Source: an uncultured Muribaculaceae bacterium
GTDB taxonomy: Bacteria > Bacillota_I > Bacilli_A > RF39 > UBA660
Length of the DNA: 64,000 bases
Direction of reading: 5' to 3'
Assembly: GCA_964493665.1 (NCBI GenBank)
Contig: CAZBOZ010000004.1
Span: 388 to 64,387, forward strand
Shown here piece by piece: positions 17,492-27,349 of the stretch. Position 1 is the stretch's first letter. The number at the start of each line of letters is the position of its first letter. The notes under the pieces were generated by a model. That model was not told the origin of the DNA. It did not search any database and worked only from the letters and a program-made list of their open reading frames with translations. The position numbers and the translations under genes are program-made.

Positions 17492-19560
17492 AAACTCTCC
17501 CCCTCTATTAACATTTTATTACTTTGTTTTATTAAAATAGAACGATCAAACATTTTCTCTTTATCACGATGAGTTACATAAATAATTGTTTTATTTTTAA
17601 ATAAGTTTAAAATATCTTTTATAATTAAATCTTCTTGATAAGATTCTACTTCACTTAAAGCTTCATCTAATATCAAAATATTACCATTTTGTAACAATGT
17701 TCTAGCTAAAACAATTCTTTGAATTTCTCCCCCTGATAAATTGAAGCCATTGTCTTCAATCATTGTATTATCACCAAATGGTTTGCTTTTTAATATTTCG
17801 TTAACTCGACATACTTGCAAGATTTTCTCATACCATTCTTCTTGTACTTTTCTATTAAAAATAATATTATTTTTAATAGTATCATTAAATATTTTCTCCT
17901 TTTGTGATAAGTAACTAATATTATTACGAATGGTATTTATACTATAATTGGCTAAAGATTTGTTGCTGATTTGAATACTCCCTTTATTGGGTTTATAGTA
18001 TCCATAAATTAATTTACATATTGTACTTTTACCAGAACCGCTAGCCCCTTTGAGCATTATCTTTTCTCCTTCTTTTATAATTAAATCGAAATCTTTTAAT
18101 ATATAGTTATAGCAATTATAAGAGTAAGACATGTTTTTGATTCTTATATCACCATTTTTAAATTCCTTAAGACCATCATCTAAATTTTCTTTAGATATAG
18201 TTAAAAATTCATTTATTTTATTAAAAGATGTTTTTAGATAATAAAATTCTGGAACAAGACTTATTATCGATTTTAAAGGTTCTAAAGCATAAGCTAATAA
18301 AGCATTTAAAGTAATTAAATCAAGGGTATTCATTTTACCTAAATATATATAATATAAACTTGATGTTATTATTATAAATACCCCTATTTCAGATAAGATG
18401 TTTTTTAAAAATTCTTGTCTATTTAAAATTTTATTGAATAAATAATTATTATTTAAATATTTTAAAAACTTATCATTTGTCTTCTTCAAACAAGTATTAA
18501 CTTGATTATTATTTTTTATTGTTTCCAACCCATCAATATTTTCAACCAAATAACTGTTAAAATTTGTTTCATCGTCTATTAATGACTCCATGTTTTTTCT
18601 TAACTTAGAACCAAAAACCAGGCTTAATATAAAATAAATTAAAATAATTAAACAAAGTATTAAAAAAACTTTACTATTTATTTTATATATTAAAAACATG
18701 GCCGAAATTGTTAAAAAGAAATCCAAAAAAGAATTTATAAATATTTTAGAAAATAAATTCTTTATATTATTTAATTCTCTTATTCTAGTAATTATTTCAC
18801 CAGTTGTTTTGTTTTTAACATATTCTAAAGGAAGAAAAAAAAGATGATTTAAAAAAGAACTTATTACTTTTTCATCAGTATCTGTATTTAGTTTATTTTG
18901 ATAATTATTTCTAATATATTCAAACCCTGATTTTAAAATAGTTATTAGAAAAAATAGGATTATTATTTTTAAAAAATGGCTATTTAAATTATTTAGCACT
19001 AATTTAATATAAAAACTAGATAATAAGCTTAATATAATAAAGAATATACTAATTAATAATATTACCAATAACAGTTTTTTATTCTCAACAAATAAATTTA
19101 AAAATAAGTTTACTAAAGACTTTGGTTTTTGATATCTGGCTATTTTATGTTTTGGTTTCATTATTATGATTACTTTAGACCATAAATTTAAAAATTCTTT
19201 AATTGATAATGTTTTATACCCTTTTGCTGGATCCATTAACAAAATTGTTTTATGTTTCTTATCAATTTTATATATTACAACAAAATGATGAAAGTTGTTT
19301 GGTAAAATTAAGTGAGCTATAGCTGGAAGCACTATCTTTTCATCTAAAATATTTTCTATTTTATATCCATCTACATCAAAACCATATTTTCTTAAAGCTT
19401 TTACCATATGAAATGCTGTTGTGCCTTCTTTGTTAGTTAAAGTATCTTGCTTTATTATTTCCATAGGTATATAACCATCAAAATATTTAACTATTGATGA
19501 TATACAAGCTCCACCACAATCTTTAACATCTTCTTGCCTAGTAATATATTTTTTATTCAT
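17488..19560 (-). CDS. Bacteriocin-processing ABC transporter, N-terminal C39 peptidase domain (ATP-binding/permease)
   Basis: N-terminal QEDVKDCGGACISSIVKYFDGYIP (C39 catalytic Cys) with a His further on. Six-TM permease. C-terminal NBD with GASGSGKST Walker A and LSGGEIQR signature. RBS GGAAGGAG. Confidence 0.8.
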   Translation of the reverse strand: MNKKYITRQEDVKDCGGACISSIVKYFDGYIPMEIIKQDTLTNKEGTTAFHMVKALRKYGFDVDGYKIENILDEKIVLPAIAHLILPNNFHHFVVIYKIDKKHKTILLMDPAKGYKTLSIKEFLNLWSKVIIIMKPKHKIARYQKPKSLVNLFLNLFVENKKLLLVILLISIFFIILSLLSSFYIKLVLNNLNSHFLKIIILFFLITILKSGFEYIRNNYQNKLNTDTDEKVISSFLNHLFFLPLEYVKNKTTGEIITRIRELNNIKNLFSKIFINSFLDFFLTISAMFLIYKINSKVFLILCLIILIYFILSLVFGSKLRKNMESLIDDETNFNSYLVENIDGLETIKNNNQVNTCLKKTNDKFLKYLNNNYLFNKILNRQEFLKNILSEIGVFIIITSSLYYIYLGKMNTLDLITLNALLAYALEPLKSIISLVPEFYYLKTSFNKINEFLTISKENLDDGLKEFKNGDIRIKNMSYSYNCYNYILKDFDLIIKEGEKIMLKGASGSGKSTICKLIYGYYKPNKGSIQISNKSLANYSINTIRNNISYLSQKEKIFNDTIKNNIIFNRKVQEEWYEKILQVCRVNEILKSKPFGDNTMIEDNGFNLSGGEIQRIVLARTLLQNGNILILDEALSEVESYQEDLIIKDILNLFKNKTIIYVTHRDKEKMFDRSILIKQSNKMLIEGESL

Positions 19561-19643
19561 GCTTTTCTCCTTCCTATACCTATATATATTCTTTAGGATT
19601 TTTATTTCCTTTTAGAAAACAAAAAAATACTTAAAATTAAGTA

Positions 19644-19672
19644 TTGAAATAAATATTTAACTATGCTAAAAT
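19644..19672 (+). promoter_or_regulatory. Sigma-A type promoter for tRNA-Ala
   Basis: TTGAAA (19644-19649), 17-nt spacer, TAAAAT (19667-19672). tRNA starts about 13 nt downstream. Confidence 0.55.
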
Positions 19673-19684
19673 ATCCTTGTCCTT

Positions 19685-19762
19685 GGGGAATTAGCTCAGT
19701 TGGCTTAGAGCATCTGCCCTGCACGCAGAGGGTCAAGGGTTCGAGTCCCTTATTCTCCACCA
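19685..19762 (+). tRNA. tRNA-Ala (anticodon UGC)
   Basis: GGGGAAT acceptor with G3:U70 pair, encoded CCA, anticodon stem TCTGC/GCAGA and loop CCTGCAC. Positions 32-33 read C-C instead of the usual U33. Confidence 0.8.
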
Positions 19763-19848
19763 AGTTGATAAATTAGTCATTTAATGTTAAGTGACTTTTT
19801 TTTATTTAAAAAAGTATGGTAAAATAAATATTAGTGAGGGAGAGTTTT

Positions 19849-20625
19849 ATGAAAAAGAGATTATTTTTATTTATAATACTTAGTACTTTATTATTTTTAA
19901 GCGGATGTATTAATAATGATGCTACTAAAGTAGAAAACAAAGAAGAAGATGTTGTTGTTAAAGGAGAATTACTAAGTAGTTATCCAGAAGATATATTACC
20001 ACTTTATAAAGCCGTTTCAATAGAAGATGTTAGCTTTACTTATCGTGATGATCCTAATTATGTAATTGGTAAAGATTATAATTATGTATATTATATTTCT
20101 AGCGGTGATATTGATGAAATATCTGATTATTATATATCATTAATGACTTTTATCGAAGGTAAAGATGAATCTTGGTTTGATAAATATTATCCAACTGGTG
20201 AAATAAATGGTCAGCATGTTAATATTGGCATAAATGACTTAGACGATGAAAATGGCTATATAAGCGTTAGTGTATCAATTGGTGTTAAAGAAGAAGATTA
20301 CGTTGATAAAAATCCTTACTTTATAAATTATCCAGATGTTTTGGATGATTTATATCGCAAAACTAAATTACAAGATATAACTTATAAAATAAGTTATATC
20401 TATAGTAAAGAAACTTATTTAGTTATATTCCAAACTGATATGGATGAAAATGAATTTTTAGAATATTATAAAAATAAATATGAAAATAAAACTGGTTTTT
20501 CAATCAAAGATACTGACTTAGGAAAATACTTAATGTGGAATGAAAATAATTTTGATGTAAGTATAAGATACAATGTATCAGCAAATTATAAATTTATTTC
20601 TATTAGTGCTGAAAAAAGCATGTAA
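19849..20625 (+). CDS. Lipoprotein of unknown function
   Basis: MKKRLFLFIILSTLLFLSGC lipobox (LSGC). ATG at 19849 with RBS GAGGGAGAG. The track start at 19834 is a GTG in the RBS. Confidence 0.6.
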   Translation: MKKRLFLFIILSTLLFLSGCINNDATKVENKEEDVVVKGELLSSYPEDILPLYKAVSIEDVSFTYRDDPNYVIGKDYNYVYYISSGDIDEISDYYISLMTFIEGKDESWFDKYYPTGEINGQHVNIGINDLDDENGYISVSVSIGVKEEDYVDKNPYFINYPDVLDDLYRKTKLQDITYKISYIYSKETYLVIFQTDMDENEFLEYYKNKYENKTGFSIKDTDLGKYLMWNENNFDVSIRYNVSANYKFISISAEKSM

Positions 20626-20634
20626 AAAGCAAGA

Positions 20635-21459
20635 TTAGATATCTTGCTTTTTAGTTGTGTTGGGAATTTTTGACAAGGTCCTTGGAACTCTTGAGAAATC
20701 TGCTGAAGAGCTTGGCTTATCTTCATGGCCCCCGTTTTTTTTCAGCATTTCCTCTATAAACATATCAATCTCTTCAGGGCTGGCGTAATAGCCTATTTGT
20801 TGTCTTAGCATTTCAGCAATTTCTACTTGATACTCATCTGTTTGGATTTTATCGCAAATTTCGTCAATAAGAGATTGCAGCAATTCTTTTTGTTGTCTTA
20901 TTTTTGCTTCTTTTTCTTCATCAAAAAGTAATCTTTCAGAAACTTTATTTTGTTTTTTTATTATTCTTTTAACACATGTCAATCGATTTTCTTTATTATT
21001 TTTTAAATTGTTTTCTTTTAAATAATGAGATAGAATTTCTTTTATATCCTTATTTTCCTTATTAATTGTTGCTAAATAATATATACCACCTATTGCCGCT
21101 GGGACCGGAAGTCCTAAAAACATTAAATACCTAGGAATTATTACTTCTATTTGGTTAATCAAAGACCCTATTACAATCCCTTCCGCTATCCCATAAATAA
21201 TACTTGCGACAGCAAACACTGTAATAGCTAAAGCAACATCACGTATCAGCGCTTTATTAAAATGTTCATAATCTTTTACTATATTTTTGTTTCCTTCTAA
21301 GTTTTCTTGAGTTCTAGTTAATTTTGAGATATTTTTAGCAGTAGAACTTTCATATTCACGCAATACCTCCATATCATACAAGCACTTATTTAAAAGTTTT
21401 CTCAATTCTATTAACTTTTGATTATCATTTTCTATTTCTTGACTTTTTTTTAACAACAT
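20635..21459 (-). CDS. Coiled-coil membrane protein, unknown function
   Basis: 274 aa. Coiled-coil N- and C-terminal regions flank two TM helices (VALAITVFAVASIIYG...FLGLPVPAAIGGIYYLA). Confidence 0.4.
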   Translation of the reverse strand: MLLKKSQEIENDNQKLIELRKLLNKCLYDMEVLREYESSTAKNISKLTRTQENLEGNKNIVKDYEHFNKALIRDVALAITVFAVASIIYGIAEGIVIGSLINQIEVIIPRYLMFLGLPVPAAIGGIYYLATINKENKDIKEILSHYLKENNLKNNKENRLTCVKRIIKKQNKVSERLLFDEEKEAKIRQQKELLQSLIDEICDKIQTDEYQVEIAEMLRQQIGYYASPEEIDMFIEEMLKKNGGHEDKPSSSADFSRVPRTLSKIPNTTKKQDI

Positions 21460-21510
21460 AGGTCCACTTCCTTTTTAATGTTTTCTATTATATCAAATGA
21501 TTTTATAATG

Positions 21511-22464
21511 TCAATGTTTATACTCTTCTATTTCTTTTAATAACCATTTTGTTTCTTCACAAAAAGGCATTCCAGCTGCTTTAGGATGTCCACCACCAGT
21601 ACTACATAAAGCTTTTGCTATTTCAAAAACATTAATATCAGATCTTACTGTTCTAAATGAAAAACTCTTTCGATCATAATCAACTATTAATATATAATCT
21701 AATTCCGGATGATTTTTAGACAAAGCATTGCCCACCTCACTTCTGAACTCAGTTGTAATAACTACTCCGACAATATTATTTTTTATTTTCAGCTTAATTA
21801 AATTCTTATCACAGCTTTTAATGTGATCAGAGATATATTTAGCTTGTTTTTCTAGTACTTCATCTTCTTCTTTTGTGAATAATTCTTTATCAAAATTTTT
21901 AAAAACTTTAATATATTTATCTATAAATTTTTCTTTACCAATAAGTGATAACAATGTAGTTAGCTTTCTTCCCAGCAAAAATTCTGTCGAAGGATTATCG
22001 GCTTCCCAGTCTTTGACAGATGTATCACTTATTTTAACCGCTTCTATGTAATTTTTTAATAACTGATTACTTAGAATTTTATTATCAGGATATAAATCTA
22101 ATAAATAGCGATAAAATAAACTGGCTGCCGACTCTTTTTCACCATTTATTTCTATTATTTCATTTATAAAACTATATTTAGAATTAATTTCTGATTCATG
22201 ATGATCAAAATGTCTTATTTTATTTTTTATTTCACTATTATTTATATACTTGGCTGCTTCATCGTCTATAGGTAAATCTGTAATATAAATATTATGATAC
22301 TTATTATGAGCTATTTCTTTTAAAATGCTTGATAATTCTATCGGCTCTGCCAATATTATATCAGGATGATTAAAAAGACTTAAAAGAATTGGTGGAGTCA
22401 TTCCATCTACATCACTACCATGAGATATTATTAAATTGTCTCCGCCTACAATAAGCTTTTCCAT
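21511..22464 (-). CDS. DHH/DHHA1 family phosphoesterase
   Basis: HGSDVDG, RHFDHHE (DHH) and GGGHPKAAG (DHHA1) motifs. 317 aa. Confidence 0.7.
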   Translation of the reverse strand: MEKLIVGGDNLIISHGSDVDGMTPPILLSLFNHPDIILAEPIELSSILKEIAHNKYHNIYITDLPIDDEAAKYINNSEIKNKIRHFDHHESEINSKYSFINEIIEINGEKESAASLFYRYLLDLYPDNKILSNQLLKNYIEAVKISDTSVKDWEADNPSTEFLLGRKLTTLLSLIGKEKFIDKYIKVFKNFDKELFTKEEDEVLEKQAKYISDHIKSCDKNLIKLKIKNNIVGVVITTEFRSEVGNALSKNHPELDYILIVDYDRKSFSFRTVRSDINVFEIAKALCSTGGGHPKAAGMPFCEETKWLLKEIEEYKH

Positions 22465-22503
22465 AAAATCACCATTATCATTATAACAAATAAAAAAAGA
22501 CTA

Positions 22504-22698
22504 TTAAACTATCTTAATAAGTCCTCTTTCAACCTCTTCTAGTGCTCTACCCAATTCTTTTTTGTTCTTATACTCATTGTCTTTTAATTGAAAATGTTTT
22601 TCTTGGATCATTTCTTTACTTCTTTTTGAAGCAACATGAACAAGAATATATTTTGAATCAACTAAATTTAGAAGTTTGTCAATTGATGGATAAATCAT
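22504..22698 (-). CDS. rpoZ: DNA-directed RNA polymerase subunit omega
   Basis: MIYPSIDKLLNLVDSKYILVHVASKRSKEM matches the RpoZ N-terminus. Confidence 0.8.
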   Translation of the reverse strand: MIYPSIDKLLNLVDSKYILVHVASKRSKEMIQEKHFQLKDNEYKNKKELGRALEEVERGLIKIV

Positions 22699-22771
22699 TT
22701 TTTCACATCCTTACAATAACATCTTACTAAACTTTTTAAGGCGTGTGTTAATTCACAATAAAATTTTACGT

Positions 22772-24619
22772 TTATTTTACAATGTTTCTTAAAACATTTA
22801 AAATAACAACCATAGCCCAAGTATCTTGCTGACAATAATCTGTTAACGATTTTCTTTTAGCTTCCAATTCTGCTTTATTTAAATAAGGATAATTGGCATA
22901 TTCAACTATAGCCTCCATCCCATTTTTTACATCTAAGGCTTTATATGATAAGTCACTAAATACTGGCAAAGTTTTTTTAATAGAATAAGAACCACTGAAA
23001 TTATAGTCATAATAATTTAGTTCTTTGGCTTCTTCTTGAGAAAAGCCTAGGTTAATATATATTTCTTCTTTAGTTTTTAGTATATCTATTAAATCAAATC
23101 CTCGATCATATATTTTCATTAGTTTATTTTTATATTCAGGAAATATTTCTCCTAAACGCTTAAGGCATTTCTTTTCAAAAGCAACATTTTGAGCAAATAA
23201 AGTGCCCTTATTACCATCTATTAATTCAATTAATTTTTTTACTAAATTTTCTCTCTCATCATTAAAGCTGTTTGCTAAAAAAACATAATTGTTTTTTTGT
23301 TTATCACATGTACCAGGTTCATTTTCAATGTGTAAGCTAAATTCAAATGGTGATTGCTCATAGCACTTCTCACCTTTAAATCTAGGTATAGGACAAGGAA
23401 AGGTTTCAAAATCTAAATGATATATCGGATATTTTAAGGAGTTAATAACCATTTTTAGTTTTTCTTTATTTATATAAGGCTGCTTAGTTATTAAAGCATT
23501 TCTTTGAATATGATGATTATCATTTTTTATCCAGCTTTCAGGTATATCAAGCATATTTATATAACCTTCATTAATTAAATCTAACCCTTTATGATATTCA
23601 CCTATTTCATCTTTAAAACCATAACCGTTATTTATATAGTTTAAAGACGAATTAGATTCGGGAATAATAGCTCCACATACTTTTTTAAAATACTTACATT
23701 CAGTAGGTTTTTTAAATTCGCAAAAGCATCCTAAAGGCACATTGTTTATATCATTAGCTTTTAAATGATTTTCTAATAATATTCGATCACCATCAATTAA
23801 TGGCAACATCTCTTTAGTTAGTTTTGTCATATCAATAAAAGTAATTATTTCATTGCCATTTTCATCTTTTTCATACTCACCTTTACCATCATAAACATAT
23901 TCATGATTTAAGACGGCTAAATAATATTTAAAATTAGCTAATTTAACTTCATTATGACTGGCTTTATATTCGCCTTCAATAATATATCTTTGAACACTTA
24001 AATCATACATATATTTGCCTAAATCATAACGATCTAAAAGTTTATTTCTTTTAGTATTATATTTTTCTAAACCAATTTCATTTTCAATATCAAAACCTAT
24101 TTCATCTTTTAAAAGCATTATATTATTTTTTTTAATAAATAAAGAATATGGTTCTTTGTTAAAGGTTCCTGCTTCCATATATTTTCTACTGGTAGTAGCT
24201 TTTACTTCAATAATATTAATGTTAGCTTCGGTTTCATTATAAACATCTACATAACAAAGATATTTAATACCATTTAAACTAAAATCAAAACACTCTTGAT
24301 TAAAAGTATTAGAAGATGAAACTACTTTGCCGCCAAAGGTATTTAATGCTGCTTTAGCAGCTAATTCCTCTACTTTAGAATAATATGGCAGCATCGCTTT
24401 TAACTGGGGATTATCAATATCAATTAAATCTTCTTCATTACCTTCTTCATCTTCAGTATACATCTTGGAAAGCATCTCTAAGAGTTTTTCTTTTTTCTCT
24501 TCTTCTAAATAGTTTTCATACGAAATATCGGCATCTAAACGTTCTTTTTTAATCTCTTCTAATGCCACATATCTTCTACATCTCGTATAATTAATAAAAT
24601 TAGTTTTAGTTATTGCCAT
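22772..24619 (-). CDS. DUF2779-like predicted PD-(D/E)XK nuclease with Cys cluster
   Basis: N-terminus TKTNFINYTRCRRYVAL resembles the DUF2779 SKSxF...C.KR.WL start. Cys cluster CFCEFKKPTECKYFKKVCG. 615 aa. Confidence 0.45.
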   Translation of the reverse strand: MAITKTNFINYTRCRRYVALEEIKKERLDADISYENYLEEEKKEKLLEMLSKMYTEDEEGNEEDLIDIDNPQLKAMLPYYSKVEELAAKAALNTFGGKVVSSSNTFNQECFDFSLNGIKYLCYVDVYNETEANINIIEVKATTSRKYMEAGTFNKEPYSLFIKKNNIMLLKDEIGFDIENEIGLEKYNTKRNKLLDRYDLGKYMYDLSVQRYIIEGEYKASHNEVKLANFKYYLAVLNHEYVYDGKGEYEKDENGNEIITFIDMTKLTKEMLPLIDGDRILLENHLKANDINNVPLGCFCEFKKPTECKYFKKVCGAIIPESNSSLNYINNGYGFKDEIGEYHKGLDLINEGYINMLDIPESWIKNDNHHIQRNALITKQPYINKEKLKMVINSLKYPIYHLDFETFPCPIPRFKGEKCYEQSPFEFSLHIENEPGTCDKQKNNYVFLANSFNDERENLVKKLIELIDGNKGTLFAQNVAFEKKCLKRLGEIFPEYKNKLMKIYDRGFDLIDILKTKEEIYINLGFSQEEAKELNYYDYNFSGSYSIKKTLPVFSDLSYKALDVKNGMEAIVEYANYPYLNKAELEAKRKSLTDYCQQDTWAMVVILNVLRNIVK

Positions 24620-24633
24620 ATAAACCTCTTTTA

Positions 24634-25941
24634 TTAAAATGGCATCTTCATATTGCCATTTTTCATATTTTTCATCATTTTTTTCATTTCTTCAAACTGC
24701 TTTAATAATCTGTTTATTTCTTCTACCGTTCTCCCGCTACCAGCTGCTATTCTTTTTTTTCTCGTAAAATTTAGAGAGTCAGGATTTCTTCTTTCATAAG
24801 GAGTCATAGATAAAATAATTGCCTCAATATGAAGTAATTGTTTAGAATCAACACTTACATTATTTAAGCCCATATTACGAGCTCCAGGAATTAACTTTAA
24901 TAAATTTTCTAAAGGGCCCATTTTTTTAATTTGTTTTAAATTAGTTAAAAAGTCTTCTAAATCATATTTACCCTTATTTATTCTTTTAGCTTGAGCTAAA
25001 GCTTCTTCTTTATCTATAATTTCTTCTACCTTTGAAGCCATAGATAGGATATCTCCCATACCTAAAATTCTTTCAGCCATTCTTTCGGGATGGAATTCTG
25101 ATAAACCATCTAATTTTTCTGAATCTCCAACAAACTTTATAGGTACATTAGTTAAATGTCTAACACTTAAAGCCACTCCACCTAAAGTATCACCATCTAA
25201 TTTAGTAAGGATAGATCCAGTTAGTTTTAGTTTTTCATTAAAACCATTTATAACATTAATAGCATCCTGACCCATCATCGCATCAATTACTAAAAGTATT
25301 TCATTTGGTTTAGTTAATTCATTTATTTTAATCAATTCATCCATTAACTTTTCATCAATATGAAGTCTTCCCGCTGTATCAATAATAATATAATCTTTAG
25401 CATTTTCTTTAGCATAATCAAGTGCAGCCAAAGCTATTTCTTCAGGGCTTTTATCTTTTAAAGTAAATACCTCAATATCTAGCTCTTTACCAATAGTTTG
25501 AAGTTGTTCTATAGCTGCTGGACGATATATATCACATGCCACTAATAATGGTTTTTTATTATGATGTTTTCTTAAATAAGTAGCAAGTTTCCCAGCTGTA
25601 GTAGTTTTACCTGATCCTTGAAGACCAGCCAACATTAAAATGGTTGGCTTTTTATTTACTTCTAATGGTGAATATTCGCCACCTAACAAAGAAATTAATT
25701 CTTCTTTTACTAGCTTCATAAATAATTCTTCTGGTTTAAAACTTTTGCCAACTTCTAAACCTAAAGCTTTTTCTTTAACATTATTAACAAATTCTTTAGC
25801 CACTTGATAATTAACATCTGCTTCTAAAAGTGCAATTCTTATTTCTCTTATAGCTTCGCTTACATTTTCTTCAGTTACTCTACCCATGCCTTTAATATTT
25901 TTAAAAGCTTTAGATAGTTTGTCTCCCATTGCTTCAAACAT
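24634..25941 (-). CDS. ffh: Signal recognition particle protein Ffh
   Basis: NG domain GLQGSGKTTT, DTAGR, and M domain with Met-rich C-terminus. Confidence 0.9.
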   Translation of the reverse strand: MFEAMGDKLSKAFKNIKGMGRVTEENVSEAIREIRIALLEADVNYQVAKEFVNNVKEKALGLEVGKSFKPEELFMKLVKEELISLLGGEYSPLEVNKKPTILMLAGLQGSGKTTTAGKLATYLRKHHNKKPLLVACDIYRPAAIEQLQTIGKELDIEVFTLKDKSPEEIALAALDYAKENAKDYIIIDTAGRLHIDEKLMDELIKINELTKPNEILLVIDAMMGQDAINVINGFNEKLKLTGSILTKLDGDTLGGVALSVRHLTNVPIKFVGDSEKLDGLSEFHPERMAERILGMGDILSMASKVEEIIDKEEALAQAKRINKGKYDLEDFLTNLKQIKKMGPLENLLKLIPGARNMGLNNVSVDSKQLLHIEAIILSMTPYERRNPDSLNFTRKKRIAAGSGRTVEEINRLLKQFEEMKKMMKNMKNGNMKMPF

Positions 25942-25950
25942 TCATATCAC

Positions 25951-26235
25951 CTACAATATTTCATTTATTTTTTCTCTTAAATTTTTATCCTTAATAAGAT
26001 TATTTATTTTATTTTTCTTTTTATATAATTCTAGTTTATTTTCGTAGTCTTTTAACTTATCACTGATATTTTTAAGTCTTTTAAATATAGCATTACGACT
26101 TATTTTATTATTTAAAGCTATCTCTTTTAAACTTAAATCATTAAAATAATAGTCTTCAAAGTCACTTCTTTCTTTAGAAGTTAATAAGCTTCTATAAATA
26201 TCATATAAATCATTTAAATAAATATCTATTTTCAT
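25951..26235 (-). CDS. ylxM: YlxM/UPF0122 HTH protein upstream of ffh
   Basis: YDIYRSLLTSKERSDFEDYYFNDLSLKEIA. Conserved ylxM-ffh arrangement. Confidence 0.7.
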   Translation of the reverse strand: MKIDIYLNDLYDIYRSLLTSKERSDFEDYYFNDLSLKEIALNNKISRNAIFKRLKNISDKLKDYENKLELYKKKNKINNLIKDKNLREKINEIL

Positions 26236-26236
26236 A

Positions 26237-27214
26237 TTACATCATATCCTTAAATAAACTATATATATAGTTTTCAATATCAAATGCTATTAAATCAGTC
26301 ATTTTCTCACCTAGTCCAACAAATTTTACTGGTATATTAGTTTCTTCTTTTATGGCAAGTACTATGCCACCTTTTGCAGTGCCATCTAGTTTAGTTAAAA
26401 CAATCCCAGTTATATTAGTTATTTCTTTAAAAGAGGTAGCTTGTTTAATACCATTTTGACCAGTAGTTGCATCAATTACTAAAAGAGTTTCATGAGGAGC
26501 ATCTTTTATATGAGTTCCAATTACTTTATTAATTTTTTCTAATTCCTTCATTAAATTAGTTTTATTTTGAAGTCTTCCTGCTGTATCAATTAAAACAATA
26601 TCTACATTTTCTTTTATAGCTTCTTTTAATCCATCATATATAAGCCCAGCTGGGTCACTACTTTCTTTACCAAAAAACAAACTATTAGTTCTATCAGCCC
26701 ATATTTTAAGCTGCTCTGTAGCTCCAGCTCTAAAAGTATCACCTGCTATCATCATTACTTTTTTACCTTCACTAACGTATTTATGAGCAAGTTTCCCAAT
26801 TGTCGTTGTTTTGCCTACCCCGTTTACTCCAATCATTAAAATAACTGTTGGACCATCTTCACTAATATTGATCTTATCACTTAAAACTTCGTTATTAACA
26901 TAAATGACAAATAATTCATCAACTATTACTTCTTTTAAATCATTAGGATTATCAATTTTTTCCTCTTTTACTCTAACTCTTAATTTTTCCATAAAGCTCA
27001 TAACGGTTTTAACACCAATATCAGCCATTATTAAAACTCTTTCTAATTCTTCAAAGTATTCTTCATTTACTTTAGTGTATTTAATGCCTAAAAAATTTAA
27101 TTTAGATACAAACTCGTCTCTAGTTTTTTCTAAACCTTTTTCATATACTTCAATTTCTTGAACATTTTTTATATCTTTTTTAAATATATTTTTTAATTTA
27201 TCAAATATACCCAT
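26237..27214 (-). CDS. ftsY: SRP receptor FtsY
   Basis: NG domain GVNGVGKTTT, DTAGR. Confidence 0.9.
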   Translation of the reverse strand: MGIFDKLKNIFKKDIKNVQEIEVYEKGLEKTRDEFVSKLNFLGIKYTKVNEEYFEELERVLIMADIGVKTVMSFMEKLRVRVKEEKIDNPNDLKEVIVDELFVIYVNNEVLSDKINISEDGPTVILMIGVNGVGKTTTIGKLAHKYVSEGKKVMMIAGDTFRAGATEQLKIWADRTNSLFFGKESSDPAGLIYDGLKEAIKENVDIVLIDTAGRLQNKTNLMKELEKINKVIGTHIKDAPHETLLVIDATTGQNGIKQATSFKEITNITGIVLTKLDGTAKGGIVLAIKEETNIPVKFVGLGEKMTDLIAFDIENYIYSLFKDMM

Positions 27215-27349
27215 TTATATCACCTCTTAAATTATAACAAATTATCTAATTTTTTCATAACATAATAGACTTTTTAATTAAAATATAGTATAATTACTTT
27301 AGTTTTAAACTTTTAATTTAATTTAAGAAGAAGAAAAGAGGAATTTTTT

